Under the pieces are notes generated by a model. The model saw nothing but the letters and a program-made list of their open reading frames with translations. It did no database searches and was not told the origin of the DNA. The translations under genes were made by a program, and so were the position numbers. 54,245 nt of DNA from an uncultured Gammaproteobacteria bacterium (lineage in GTDB: Bacteria; Patescibacteriota; Patescibacteriia; Magasanikbacterales; UBA922), in the NCBI GenBank assembly GCA_964522405.1, contig CAZFTR010000007.1, positions 1-54,245 of the forward strand, in the 5' to 3' direction. This document shows, piece by piece, positions 35,641 to 43,331 of this stretch; within the stretch, counting starts at the first letter, position 1, and every line of letters begins with the position of its first letter.

Positions 35641-37443
35641 ATGTCTGATACTCAGAAAATTAAGGAAAAATTAGATATTGTGGATTTTATTGGTGAATAC
35701 ATTCAATTGAAAACTGCTGGTATCAATCACAAGGGGCTTTGTCCCTTTCACCAGGAAAAAACTCCCTCATTTATGGTTAATCGTGAACGTCAGAGTTGGC
35801 ATTGTTTTGGCTGTTCAAAAGGTGGAGATATCTTTAGTTTTGTAGAAGAAATTGAAGGTATGGAGTTTATTGAAGCACTCAAGTTCCTTGCTACCAAGGC
35901 TGGTATAGATCTGGAATTTTCAGTTCAGGATAAGGTTAAATCAAGCCAAAAAAATCGCATAAAAGAAATTAATCTACAAGCTGCTAGATTTTTTCATAAT
36001 TTTCTTTTGAAAATCGATATATCTCGAGATGCTAGAGAATATTTAGAGAAAAGGGGATTGAGTCAGAAGACAATAGAGGAATGGCAGATTGGTTTTGTGC
36101 CTGATCAGTGGGATTTGTTGACAAAGTATATGCTCAAAAAAGGACATGCTATTGATGACTTGGTTGCATCTGGTTTTACTATTAAGCGTGATGGGGCTGA
36201 TGCCAATAGCGGAAGAGGTTTTTATGATAGATTTAGGGGTAGAATCATGTTTCCTATACGAGACGTTCATGGCGTTGTAGTCGGTTTTACTGGACGAGTG
36301 TTGATTGAGACAGATAGATCTGGTGGAAAATATGTTAATACTCCACAAACATTGGTCTATGATAAATCAAATGTAGTTTTTGGATTGGATCAAGGCAAGA
36401 AAGAGGCTAGAAACAAAGATTTCATTGTTCTCGTTGAAGGTCAAACAGATACCATATCTTCGCATCAGGCTGGTCTTTCAAATGTTGTTGCTACTAGCGG
36501 AACAGCCTTAACTGAAAAACAAATTAAATTAATTAAAAGATACACTTCAAATATTAGAATGGCTTTTGATGCTGATGATGCTGGATTTGCCGCAGCTAAA
36601 CGAGGTATTGATTTGGCGCTTGAGGCGGGTTTATCTGTTAAAGTTATCATAATTCCAGAAGGGGCTGGAAAAGATCCAGATGAATGCATAAAGAAAGATC
36701 AACAGATTTGGTTTAATTGTGTTGATTCAGCAAAAGATGTAATGGATTGGTATTTTGATAGAGTTTTTACTAAATTTGATAAAACTGATCTTCAGCAAAA
36801 ACAAAAAATAGCTAATATTTTATTGGATGAGATTAGTAGGATTCCTTATGCTGTTGAAAAGGATCATTGGATGAAAGAGTTATCAGTCAGGTTGGGTGTT
36901 GAGATTGAGGTTCTCAAACAAGACATAAATAGGATAGTGAACAATAAAAAAACAATAGGTGCCCAAACTGCGGGAGTTCAAGAAAAAAGACAGATTGATA
37001 AAACACCCCGTTATCAGCTGATGATTGAGAGTTTACTATCATTAATATTAAGATTTCCAGAAGTAGCTAGTAAATCTTGGTCTGAGATTGAAAAAATTGA
37101 CTTTTCCACATCAAAGTATCTACCCCTTTACCTAGAGCTCAAAAAGCAGTATAATACAGATAAGTCTATAAATGTAGATAATCTTCGTGATTTATTACAT
37201 AAGGACAATTCAGAAAACCCAGTAGATATCCTGCTCATGAAAGCTGAGTTGGATTTTTTGGCAGTTAGGGGCAAGGAGATTGAGCAGGAGCTGGAAAAAC
37301 TCATAAATCAGATTTCAAAGAGTTTTAGAAAGTCAAAACAAAAAGAACTTGAAATTGAGATAGCTCAAGCAGAAAAACAAGGCAATAAAGAGTTGCTAAT
37401 AAAATTATTAAAAGAATTCAACGATTTAATTTCAAAAAAATAA
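35641..37443 (+). CDS. dnaG: DNA primase
   Basis: [25 protein letters not shown] zinc finger, and a TOPRIM region ([20 protein letters not shown]). The start is set at MSDTQKIKE. Confidence 0.9.
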   Translation: MSDTQKIKEKLDIVDFIGEYIQLKTAGINHKGLCPFHQEKTPSFMVNRERQSWHCFGCSKGGDIFSFVEEIEGMEFIEALKFLATKAGIDLEFSVQDKVKSSQKNRIKEINLQAARFFHNFLLKIDISRDAREYLEKRGLSQKTIEEWQIGFVPDQWDLLTKYMLKKGHAIDDLVASGFTIKRDGADANSGRGFYDRFRGRIMFPIRDVHGVVVGFTGRVLIETDRSGGKYVNTPQTLVYDKSNVVFGLDQGKKEARNKDFIVLVEGQTDTISSHQAGLSNVVATSGTALTEKQIKLIKRYTSNIRMAFDADDAGFAAAKRGIDLALEAGLSVKVIIIPEGAGKDPDECIKKDQQIWFNCVDSAKDVMDWYFDRVFTKFDKTDLQQKQKIANILLDEISRIPYAVEKDHWMKELSVRLGVEIEVLKQDINRIVNNKKTIGAQTAGVQEKRQIDKTPRYQLMIESLLSLILRFPEVASKSWSEIEKIDFSTSKYLPLYLELKKQYNTDKSINVDNLRDLLHKDNSENPVDILLMKAELDFLAVRGKEIEQELEKLINQISKSFRKSKQKELEIEIAQAEKQGNKELLIKLLKEFNDLISKK

Positions 37444-37466
37444 AATTTATTTCTATCATTCAGTTA

Positions 37467-38909
37467 GTGGATGATAAGCAAAATTACATGCCAAGTAAAA
37501 AGGCAACAACAAAAAAAAGGAGGACCACAACTGCTCAAAAAGCAGTTAAGAAAAAAACCCGAACAAAAACCAAGGCTAAAGCTGTGAAAAAAACAGCAGC
37601 CAAAAAAAGAAAAGTCGGGATCAAGAAAAAAACAGCAAAAAAAACCGCTGTAAAAAAGAAAAAACAAGTAAAATCTAAGGTTGCAGTTAAGAAACAAGTA
37701 GCTTCCAAGAAGAAAGCTGCTGTTTCTAGATCAAAGAAAAAAATTCGTCCTAAGAAAAGGCCTTCTAGGAAAGCCAAAAAAAGGTTTACAGATCAAGAAC
37801 CAATTGTGGTTCCGATTTTTGATGATGTAGGAAAACTACTCAACAAGGGAAGAAACAGAGGATTTTTGACTGAAAAAGAGGTTCTCACTCTGTTTCCAAG
37901 AATTGAGCATTATATTCCAGAATATGAGCAATTTTTGGATATGTTGGATAGAAATAGTGTAAATGTAGTTGTCCCGGCTGAACATGGACTTCTCGGCAGA
38001 AGAGATGAACAAAGACAGGTGGTAGCAGGATTGCAAGGAGAGCAGCCTGATGTCAAAGAGGGATACTTTAACCTTGCCAGTATTGCTCAAGATTCAATAC
38101 AAATGTATTTGAGAGAGATTGGAAAAGTTCCATTATTGACTGCAGAGGAAGAAGTAATTTTAGCCAAAGGAAAAGAAAGAGGAGATAAAGAATCAGAGAG
38201 AAAAATGATTGAAGCAAATCTTCGTTTGGTGGTTTCAATTGCTAAGAAATTTGTAGGAAAGAGATTGTCATTGTTGGATTTGATTCAAGAGGGAAATATA
38301 GGTTTGTTTCGAGCTGTTAAGAAATTTGATTATAGAAAAGGGTATAAATTTTCAACATATGCAACTTGGTGGATACGACAGGCTATAACTCGCGCCCTTG
38401 CTGATCACTCTCGAACCATTCGTATTCCAGTACACATGGTTGAAACTATCAATCGTTTGACCCAAATTCAGAGGCGCTTACTTCAGGACTTGGGACGAAA
38501 AGCAACTCCAGAGGAGTTAGCAGCTGAAATGGGAGAGGAAATCCATAAGATTCGCCATATTATCAAGATTTCACAGGATACAGTTTCACTTGAAACCTCG
38601 GTTGGTGATGATGATGAAGATGACACTTCTCTTTCAGATTTTATTGAGGATGTAAAAAATATAAGCCCTTCAGCTTCTGCAGGTGTTGAGCTTCTCAAGG
38701 AGTATATAGATGAGGCAATAACCGATCTCTCTCCAAGAGAAAAGAAAATTCTTGAAATGCGTTTTGGTTTGACAGATGGGGTTACACACACACTAGAAGA
38801 GGTTGGAAAGGAATTTGGAGTAACTCGTGAGCGTATTAGACAGATTGAAGCAAAAGCTCTTGAAAAAATTAAGGGATTTGAGATTATAGATAAGTTGAGG
38901 GATTACTAA
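37467..38909 (+). CDS. rpoD: RNA polymerase sigma-70 factor RpoD with ~110-aa lysine-rich N-terminal extension
   Basis: Regions 2-4 are clear ([81 protein letters not shown]). GTG at 37467 or ATG at 37488 is the possible start. Confidence 0.9.
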   Translation: MDDKQNYMPSKKATTKKRRTTTAQKAVKKKTRTKTKAKAVKKTAAKKRKVGIKKKTAKKTAVKKKKQVKSKVAVKKQVASKKKAAVSRSKKKIRPKKRPSRKAKKRFTDQEPIVVPIFDDVGKLLNKGRNRGFLTEKEVLTLFPRIEHYIPEYEQFLDMLDRNSVNVVVPAEHGLLGRRDEQRQVVAGLQGEQPDVKEGYFNLASIAQDSIQMYLREIGKVPLLTAEEEVILAKGKERGDKESERKMIEANLRLVVSIAKKFVGKRLSLLDLIQEGNIGLFRAVKKFDYRKGYKFSTYATWWIRQAITRALADHSRTIRIPVHMVETINRLTQIQRRLLQDLGRKATPEELAAEMGEEIHKIRHIIKISQDTVSLETSVGDDDEDDTSLSDFIEDVKNISPSASAGVELLKEYIDEAITDLSPREKKILEMRFGLTDGVTHTLEEVGKEFGVTRERIRQIEAKALEKIKGFEIIDKLRDY

Positions 38910-38925
38910 AAATAAAAAAATAATT

Positions 38926-38953
38926 AAAAAAGCGCTGCAAAGCGCTTTTTTTT
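38926..38953 (+). terminator. Rho-independent terminator of rpoD
   Basis: AAAAA-AGCGCT-gcaa-AGCGCT-TTTTTTT. Confidence 0.75.
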
Positions 38954-38971
38954 GTAATTTTGCTATTCTAC

Positions 38972-39000
38972 TGGACAAAAGACATATTTTCTGCTAATTT
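38972..39000 (+). promoter_or_regulatory. Promoter-like TGGACA-17-TAATTT pointing into islet 3
   Basis: CTGGACAAAAGA (38971-38982) resembles the CTTGACAAAAGA module upstream of islet 4. The -10 element is weak. Confidence 0.35.
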
Positions 39001-39016
39001 TAGAAAAGCATTTATT

Positions 39017-39543
39017 GGGGCCGGTATGCAAATTCCGGCAAGGTTCGATAAAAGGGAGGAGCTGATGAAGCTCGAATACGACGGTAGCATCTTCGAGATC
39101 ACTGAGGACGCGCATGCGCGTGCTTCGGCTCGGGGAGAGCCGGTCTACGTGGGAGGAATCGGCTTCCTTCGCATGACCACAGACGGGATCACGGAGTTCC
39201 CGATCATCGAGGCCAAGGAGGCTGCTGACATCGAGAAGTTGGATGGACTGGCGCTCATCGAGCACAGCAATCGCTTCTTCGCCATCCTGGAGGGCGAGGC
39301 CGACAACGACGTCAACGTGCTGCTCGTGAACGGAATCGTGGTCTGCGTCGAGCGCTGGAACGATGGTGGTACTGGGATCCTGCAAGCCCAGGACTACCGG
39401 CGGGTCTTCCTGCACAGCGGCGACTACATCGGCAGGGCTGACTGAGATCGAGAGCAGCAGAAGTGGGGGTGGCACATGCCTGTCGTGGCGCCCTGACTCA
39501 AGGACGCTGCTTCCGTGGGGCGCGAAGACACGCCCCAGACCTC
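39017..39543. other. GC-rich islet 3
   Basis: The composition switches from AT-rich to GC-rich after the rpoD terminator. It holds one GC3-rich ORF. The 3' hairpin is TGGGGCG-cgaagaca-CGCCCCA (39516-39537). Confidence 0.6.
39065..39445 (+). CDS. Hypothetical protein encoded in GC-rich islet 3
   Basis: 126 aa (MKLEYDGSIFEITEDAHARASARGEPVYVGG...). ATG preceded by SD GGGAGGAG. The track ORF starts 35 codons earlier in AT-rich DNA. No family recognised. Confidence 0.65.
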   Translation: MKLEYDGSIFEITEDAHARASARGEPVYVGGIGFLRMTTDGITEFPIIEAKEAADIEKLDGLALIEHSNRFFAILEGEADNDVNVLLVNGIVVCVERWNDGGTGILQAQDYRRVFLHSGDYIGRAD

Positions 39544-39585
39544 TTATGAATATTAAAACATAGTATTTATAAGAAGTCAGTATCT

Positions 39586-39622
39586 AAAAAAGAAAAGACT
39601 CTTGACAAAAGAGTCTTTTTTT
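39586..39622. terminator. Terminator-like hairpin in the AT-rich spacer between islets 3 and 4
   Basis: AAAAAAG-AAAAGACTCTT-gaca-AAGAGTCTTT-TTTT. The loop and 3' arm overlap the -35 of the islet-4 promoter-like element. Confidence 0.5.
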
Positions 39623-39630
39623 AATATTTT
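39602..39630 (+). promoter_or_regulatory. Promoter-like TTGACA-17-TATTTT pointing into islet 4
   Basis: TTGACA at 39602-39607 and TATTTT at 39625-39630. TCTTGACAAAAGAGTCTTTTTTTA (39600-39623) matches 9894-9873 (minus strand) apart from a 2-nt indel. Confidence 0.45.
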
Positions 39631-39635
39631 ACTTG

Positions 39636-40147
39636 CAGAATTCGTTCGGCCGTCAAGCGGTCGATTTTGAGACTTGGTGCAGTACCTTGGAGGTGGCTGT
39701 GATTCGCAAGTTGGGTACTAATGTCTACGTTGAGGAGAGTGTGGTCAGTCGGCACCTGCGCTTGATCAGCGCTTTTCCGAGCTCTGAGGAGCGCTGCCGG
39801 AGCTGGCGCATGAGCAGGACAGTGAGCTGGTTCGTCTTTCGCGGGCACTACTTCAGCTTCCGTCTCAAGCATGCCTGCCATGGCCTGCTCATCCGGTTGC
39901 CGCTGGTCGAAGAAGACGGCAGCGAGATCATCGTCCAGGTGACCGGCTGGAAGCAGCATGAGTTCCGCCGCAGTCCTAGCACTCGTCGGCGCAACCTCAA
40001 TCCCTGGATCAAGCCGGCCGGTGTCCAGCAGGTCGAGATCTCGGAGGTCGGCGACTAGTACACATTCCGTCCGTCGCCTCCACCAACTTCATCACCAGGT
40101 CTCACAGGGGGAGGGGGGGCGATTCAATCAGCCCCTCCGAGACCAAC
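39636..40147. other. GC-rich islet 4
   Basis: The segment is GC-rich. It ends with a strong hairpin GGTCTC..GGAGGGG...CCCCTCC..GAGACC (40098-40144), followed by AACTATGTACTTTTATT. Confidence 0.6.
39699..40058 (+). CDS. Hypothetical protein encoded in GC-rich islet 4
   Basis: The plus frame has roughly 80% G/C third positions, against roughly 55% for the antisense 112-aa ORF (hand tally). A GTG start at 39699 is preceded by GGAGG. The track ORF starts at TTG 39633. The product is 119 aa (IRKLGTNVYVEESVVSRHLRL...). No family recognised. Confidence 0.55.
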   Translation: MIRKLGTNVYVEESVVSRHLRLISAFPSSEERCRSWRMSRTVSWFVFRGHYFSFRLKHACHGLLIRLPLVEEDGSEIIVQVTGWKQHEFRRSPSTRRRNLNPWIKPAGVQQVEISEVGD

Positions 40148-40177
40148 TATGTACTTTTATTGAGTATTTAGTCGGCT

Positions 40178-40205
40178 AAAAAAGAACCACAGCTGGTTCT
40201 TTTTT
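40178..40205 (-). terminator. Rho-independent terminator of sodX
   Basis: AAAAAA-GAACC-acagct-GGTTC-TTTTTT. The same GAACC/GGTTC stem occurs in the terminator at 42744-42772. Confidence 0.7.
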
Positions 40206-40542
40206 ATATTTTCGAGATTATTTTCGAGATTATTTTACTACTATCTAGATTTCCATAAGTTCTACTATCTGTAGAACTGCTTTTGTTTGTTCCTACGAGA
40301 TTGTAGGTATTATTTTTCTTGATAGCATTTATCTGTTTTACAATTTCTATTTTTTTGTATGGATGCTTTGCTATTACAATATCTCCAATTTTTACTCTTG
40401 CACCTGTATAAACTTTTCTGCAGAAGATCTTCTCACTTTGATGCAGTAGCGGTAGCATGGAGTCCCCAGCTATTTTTCTGATTTTGTTTATACCAATCAG
40501 CCAGAGTAACCAATCTTGAATTCCGGCTTTTCTAATCTGCAT
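40204..40542 (-). CDS. sodX: Nickel-type superoxide dismutase maturation protease (S26 family)
   Basis: 112-aa ORF with a GDSMLPLL catalytic-serine motif, immediately downstream of sodN. The C-terminus carries a tandem SKIISKIISKI from a 12-nt DNA repeat at 40208-40236. Confidence 0.8.
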   Translation of the reverse strand: MQIRKAGIQDWLLWLIGINKIRKIAGDSMLPLLHQSEKIFCRKVYTGARVKIGDIVIAKHPYKKIEIVKQINAIKKNNTYNLVGTNKSSSTDSRTYGNLDSSKIISKIISKI

Positions 40543-40545
40543 AGC

Positions 40546-40995
40546 TTAGTTAGCTCGATACCATTCAACATTTATATCCTTGGTTTCCCAGAAAATTTGG
40601 TGAATTTTTTCAATTGCCTGCATAAGTTCCTCTGCATGCTCAATGCTAAGTTCAACTTTGCAAGAAGAGCAAAGTTTTGCTGCATTCCAGAATATCTCAT
40701 GTAAATCAGGGTATTTCTCTAAATGTTTTGGTTTGAAATAGTCTGTCCACAGAATTAGCAATTCATCTTTTGCTATTTGGGCTTGCTCTTCTTTGATAGT
40801 TATATATCTGGTTAGGGTGTTATGATAAGCATCTAGAGCTTGCTTATTATCTGCGTTGGGCATTTCTAATTCTTGAATTTTTTTGGTCATGGACAAAACT
40901 GCTTCTGCAGCAATTCTGGCTGAGGCTGGATCATAGACTCCGCAGGGACCGTCACAATGAGCATGTACTTGCTTTATTTTGAATATATTTTTCAT
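40546..40995 (-). CDS. sodN: Nickel-containing superoxide dismutase
   Basis: 149-aa ORF. Propeptide MKNIFKIKQVHA is followed by the nickel hook HCDGPCGVYDP. WTDYFKPKHLEKYPDLHE and IHQIFWETK are conserved as in Streptomyces SodN. Confidence 0.92.
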   Translation of the reverse strand: MKNIFKIKQVHAHCDGPCGVYDPASARIAAEAVLSMTKKIQELEMPNADNKQALDAYHNTLTRYITIKEEQAQIAKDELLILWTDYFKPKHLEKYPDLHEIFWNAAKLCSSCKVELSIEHAEELMQAIEKIHQIFWETKDINVEWYRAN

Positions 40996-40996
40996 A

Positions 40997-41206
40997 TTAT
41001 TGATTCTTTATTTTGATTGATTTTGCTTTTTGCACTACTACAAAAATTATAGCAAGAATTGCAGCAAAGGCAATCATATTTTGGATAATATGCTCAATGT
41101 TAAAGGCTTGAGTAAGAATGCCTTCTGTTTGATGGCCACTATGAGCTAGAGCCAGAGAAGGGGAGAGTAAAAGGGTAAATATGCTTAGTAATTTTATTGA
41201 TTTCAT
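40997..41206 (-). CDS. Small secreted/anchored protein with His-rich mature N-terminus
   Basis: 69-aa ORF. Signal peptide ends ...SLALA, followed by HSGHQTEG and then a C-terminal TM helix. It sits directly upstream of sodN. Confidence 0.6.
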   Translation of the reverse strand: MKSIKLLSIFTLLLSPSLALAHSGHQTEGILTQAFNIEHIIQNMIAFAAILAIIFVVVQKAKSIKIKNQ

Positions 41207-41224
41207 AAATTATTTTCTTAATAA

Positions 41225-41818
41225 TTATATTTTCCCAATGAGGTCAACTCCAGGTGTAAGGGTTTTCTCACCTGGTTTCCAGCGAGCTGGACAAACTTCA
41301 CCTCCGTGCTCTGCTACATATTGAGCAGCTTGTAATTTTCGAAGAAGTTCTTCCGCACTTCTTCCGATGCTGTTGTCGTGAATTTCATAGGCTTTTATAA
41401 AACCTTCAGGGTCAATAATAAAGCTACCACGAAGTGAAAGCCCTTCTTCTGCAATGTAGGTTCCAAATGACTTACAGATTGCACCTGTTGGATCAGCGCC
41501 CATAGGGAATTCTACTTTTCCGATGGCCGGTGAATTATCATGCCATGCCTTATGAACAAATGCTGTATCCGTACTAAAACTTATTACTTCTGTATTGATT
41601 TCCTTAAATTTACTATATAAATCTGCCATTTCCTCAAGTTCAGTAGGGCAAATAAAAGTAAAATCTGCAGGATAGAAAAATAAAATTAGCCACTTTCCCT
41701 TGTAAGAATCAAAGCTGGTTTTTTCAATTTTATTGCCTTGATAAAATTCAAATGAAAGATTTTCTATTTTCTCTCCGATTAGTGAACCTGCCTCACAAAT
41801 ATGTTGTTTTTTTTCCAT
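41225..41818 (-). CDS. 2-Cys peroxiredoxin (AhpC/Prx1 type)
   Basis: FYPADFTFICPTE peroxidatic-Cys motif and GEVCPARWKPG resolving-Cys motif. The start is set at MEKKQH (41818). Confidence 0.88.
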   Translation of the reverse strand: MEKKQHICEAGSLIGEKIENLSFEFYQGNKIEKTSFDSYKGKWLILFFYPADFTFICPTELEEMADLYSKFKEINTEVISFSTDTAFVHKAWHDNSPAIGKVEFPMGADPTGAICKSFGTYIAEEGLSLRGSFIIDPEGFIKAYEIHDNSIGRSAEELLRKLQAAQYVAEHGGEVCPARWKPGEKTLTPGVDLIGKI

Positions 41819-41973
41819 AAATATAAAAATAAATAAATACCCCGCTATTATATTTGTTCTTTGTTTAGAGGTCAAGTCTGGAAAGCTTTCAATTCATTAT
41901 CCACATATTGAGCTTTTTATTAAATTTTGTTAGAATATGTACATTAAATTACTTATTTTTATTCAAGCAAAAT

Positions 41974-42729
41974 ATGTCAGAAGAACACAAGAAGTCAGCA
42001 GGTCTGGGAGCATTTTCGCCTGCGCAAACTTTTTCAATGGGAATTATCGGTGGAATACTGGTACTTTGTACTATTGGATTTTTTATTATGCTAGGAATCA
42101 TGATGAATAGTGATGGTGATGATTCAGCAAAGAAGCCAGCCAATGTAGTGCAGGTAGACAAGGGAAATGCTCAAGCCCCAACTCCACAAGTAAATGGAGA
42201 TATTGTGGTTAAGCCGGTTGATGAAAAAGTAGATCATATTCGTGGAAAGAAGAACGCAAAAGTAACAATTATTGAATATTCAGATTTTGAATGTACATTT
42301 TGTGGAAGATTTCACCCTACCATGAATCAAATTTCAGAAAAATACAGCGACGATGTTAGGTGGGTTTATCGACATTTTCCTCTAGAGAGTATTCATCCAA
42401 AAGCCAGGTCTTTGGCAAATGCCAGTGAATGTGCTGCAGATCAGGATATGTTCTGGGAAATGACTGATGCCATATTTGAGGATACCGGTGCCAGTTCAGC
42501 AGAAGTATATGCTACAAAAATTGGCTTGAACCTAACAAAATTCAACAAATGTCTTGCAGATAATAAATTTGACAGTAAAGTTAATGATGATATGCAGAGC
42601 GGTTTAGCAGCAGGCGCTAGAGGTACACCATATTCTATAATTCTTGGGCCTGATGGAGAAACAGTTCCACTTTCTGGCGCCCAGCCACTTAGTGCAGTAG
42701 ATGCTGCTGTGGCTCAGTTCCTGAACTAA
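41974..42729 (+). CDS. DsbA-like thioredoxin-fold thiol-disulfide oxidoreductase, membrane anchored
   Basis: TM helix, then IIEYSDFECTFCGRFHPT (CxxC) and a GTPYSII cis-Pro-loop region. The start is set at MSEEHKK (41974). Confidence 0.8.
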   Translation: MSEEHKKSAGLGAFSPAQTFSMGIIGGILVLCTIGFFIMLGIMMNSDGDDSAKKPANVVQVDKGNAQAPTPQVNGDIVVKPVDEKVDHIRGKKNAKVTIIEYSDFECTFCGRFHPTMNQISEKYSDDVRWVYRHFPLESIHPKARSLANASECAADQDMFWEMTDAIFEDTGASSAEVYATKIGLNLTKFNKCLADNKFDSKVNDDMQSGLAAGARGTPYSIILGPDGETVPLSGAQPLSAVDAAVAQFLN

Positions 42730-42743
42730 TAGTAAATAAAATT

Positions 42744-42772
42744 AAAAAAGAACCTGATAAAGGTTCTTTTTT
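42744..42772 (+). terminator. Rho-independent terminator of the DsbA-like gene
   Basis: AAAAAA-GAACC-tgataaa-GGTTC-TTTTTT. Confidence 0.75.
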
Positions 42773-42807
42773 AATACACCTTTAAATATTTTCACAAATA
42801 TGCAAAA

Positions 42808-43257
42808 GGGTTGAGGGCGTCGCGCGTGTCGCCGCCCTCTGAAGTCGCCAAGAGGTACATCGCAGAACCGGCCACCGCGAATGTGGGTGGTGTCGGTCGT
42901 CGATCTTCTCTCTAGGCGTGGGTCGAGTGTCCGACGTCGCCGTCGCTCAGCTTCTTCATGGTGCTGGCGATGAAGACCAGGAGCGGGTTGTTCTTGAGGT
43001 CGACTTTGCCGGGGAACGTGATGTTCCAGGTGTCCGGCTTGCCATGCCGCTCGATCAGCTCCACCTTGTTGCTCCTGTGCAGCTCGTTGAGCTGCTGCAG
43101 CACCCAGCCGGCGTTGATGTTCAGGCTCGGGTCGATCTGAAGCAGGCTCTTGCAGAGCTCCTCAGCAGTCTGTGGATCGTTGCCGTCAATCAACAGAAGC
43201 AGGATCATGGTTTTCTTCATCTTTTCCCTCCAGGGAAAGAGCAGTTGTGTAGACGAG
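42808..43257. other. GC-rich islet 5
   Basis: A GC-rich segment between the convergent DsbA-like and clpB terminators. The 3' hairpin is GAGGGCG...CGCCCTC (42813-42839), followed on the minus strand by AACCCTTTTGC. Confidence 0.6.
42912..43220 (-). CDS. Hypothetical protein encoded in GC-rich islet 5
   Basis: 102 aa (MKKTMILLLLIDGNDPQTAEELCKSLLQIDPSLN...). ATG at 43220 is preceded by SD GGAGGGAAAAG. The track ORF starts 15 codons earlier. No family recognised. Confidence 0.6.
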   Translation of the reverse strand: MKKTMILLLLIDGNDPQTAEELCKSLLQIDPSLNINAGWVLQQLNELHRSNKVELIERHGKPDTWNITFPGKVDLKNNPLLVFIASTMKKLSDGDVGHSTHA

Positions 43258-43284
43258 TTAATCATATTTTTTACTACTTGTCAA

Positions 43285-43320
43285 TAAAAAACAGTCTCTA
43301 AATCAGAGACTGTTTTTTTA
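43285..43320 (-). terminator. Rho-independent terminator of clpB
   Basis: AAAAAA-CAGTCTCT-aaat-CAGAGACTG-TTTTTTT: a 9-bp stem flanked by A and T runs. Confidence 0.75.
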
Positions 43321-43331
43321 ATTTTTAGAAA

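Noticed and set aside
37464-37777. Phe/Cys-rich minus-strand ORFs 37464..37697 and 37535..37777.
   Set aside because: They are the antisense reading of the AAA/AAG-rich region that encodes the lysine-rich RpoD N-terminus. They are not independent genes.
32352-40170. AGTATTT as a universal attachment core. It occurs at four islet borders: 32352, 33142, 39562 and 40163.
   Set aside because: It is absent at the borders of islets 1, 5 and 6. The heptamer also occurs elsewhere in ordinary genes (for example 222-228 and 22172-22178). I kept it only as supporting detail for islets 2 and 4.
38963-40179. Minus-strand ORFs 38963..39475 and 39621..39959, and plus-strand ORFs 39363..39563 and 39958..40179, in islets 3 and 4.
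   Set aside because: My hand tally of third positions favours the plus-frame ORFs 39065..39445 and 39699..40058. For islet 4 the tally is roughly 80% G/C against roughly 55% for the antisense ORF. The 3' hairpins also lie downstream of the plus-strand ORFs.
40208-40236. A tandem 12-nt repeat (ATTTTCGAGATT, 2.4 copies) at the 3' end of sodX.
   Set aside because: It is real but trivial: an in-frame KIIS duplication at the extreme C-terminus, with no wider structure.
42918-43301. Plus-strand ORFs in islet 5 (42918..43301 and 42958..43140) and in islet 6 (47618..48064), plus minus-strand ORF 47494..47742.
   Set aside because: They are antisense or overlapping shadows of the SD-led ORFs 42912..43220 and 47627..47995. 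Their translations are low-complexity, and 47494..47742 would overlap the WecB-like gene end.
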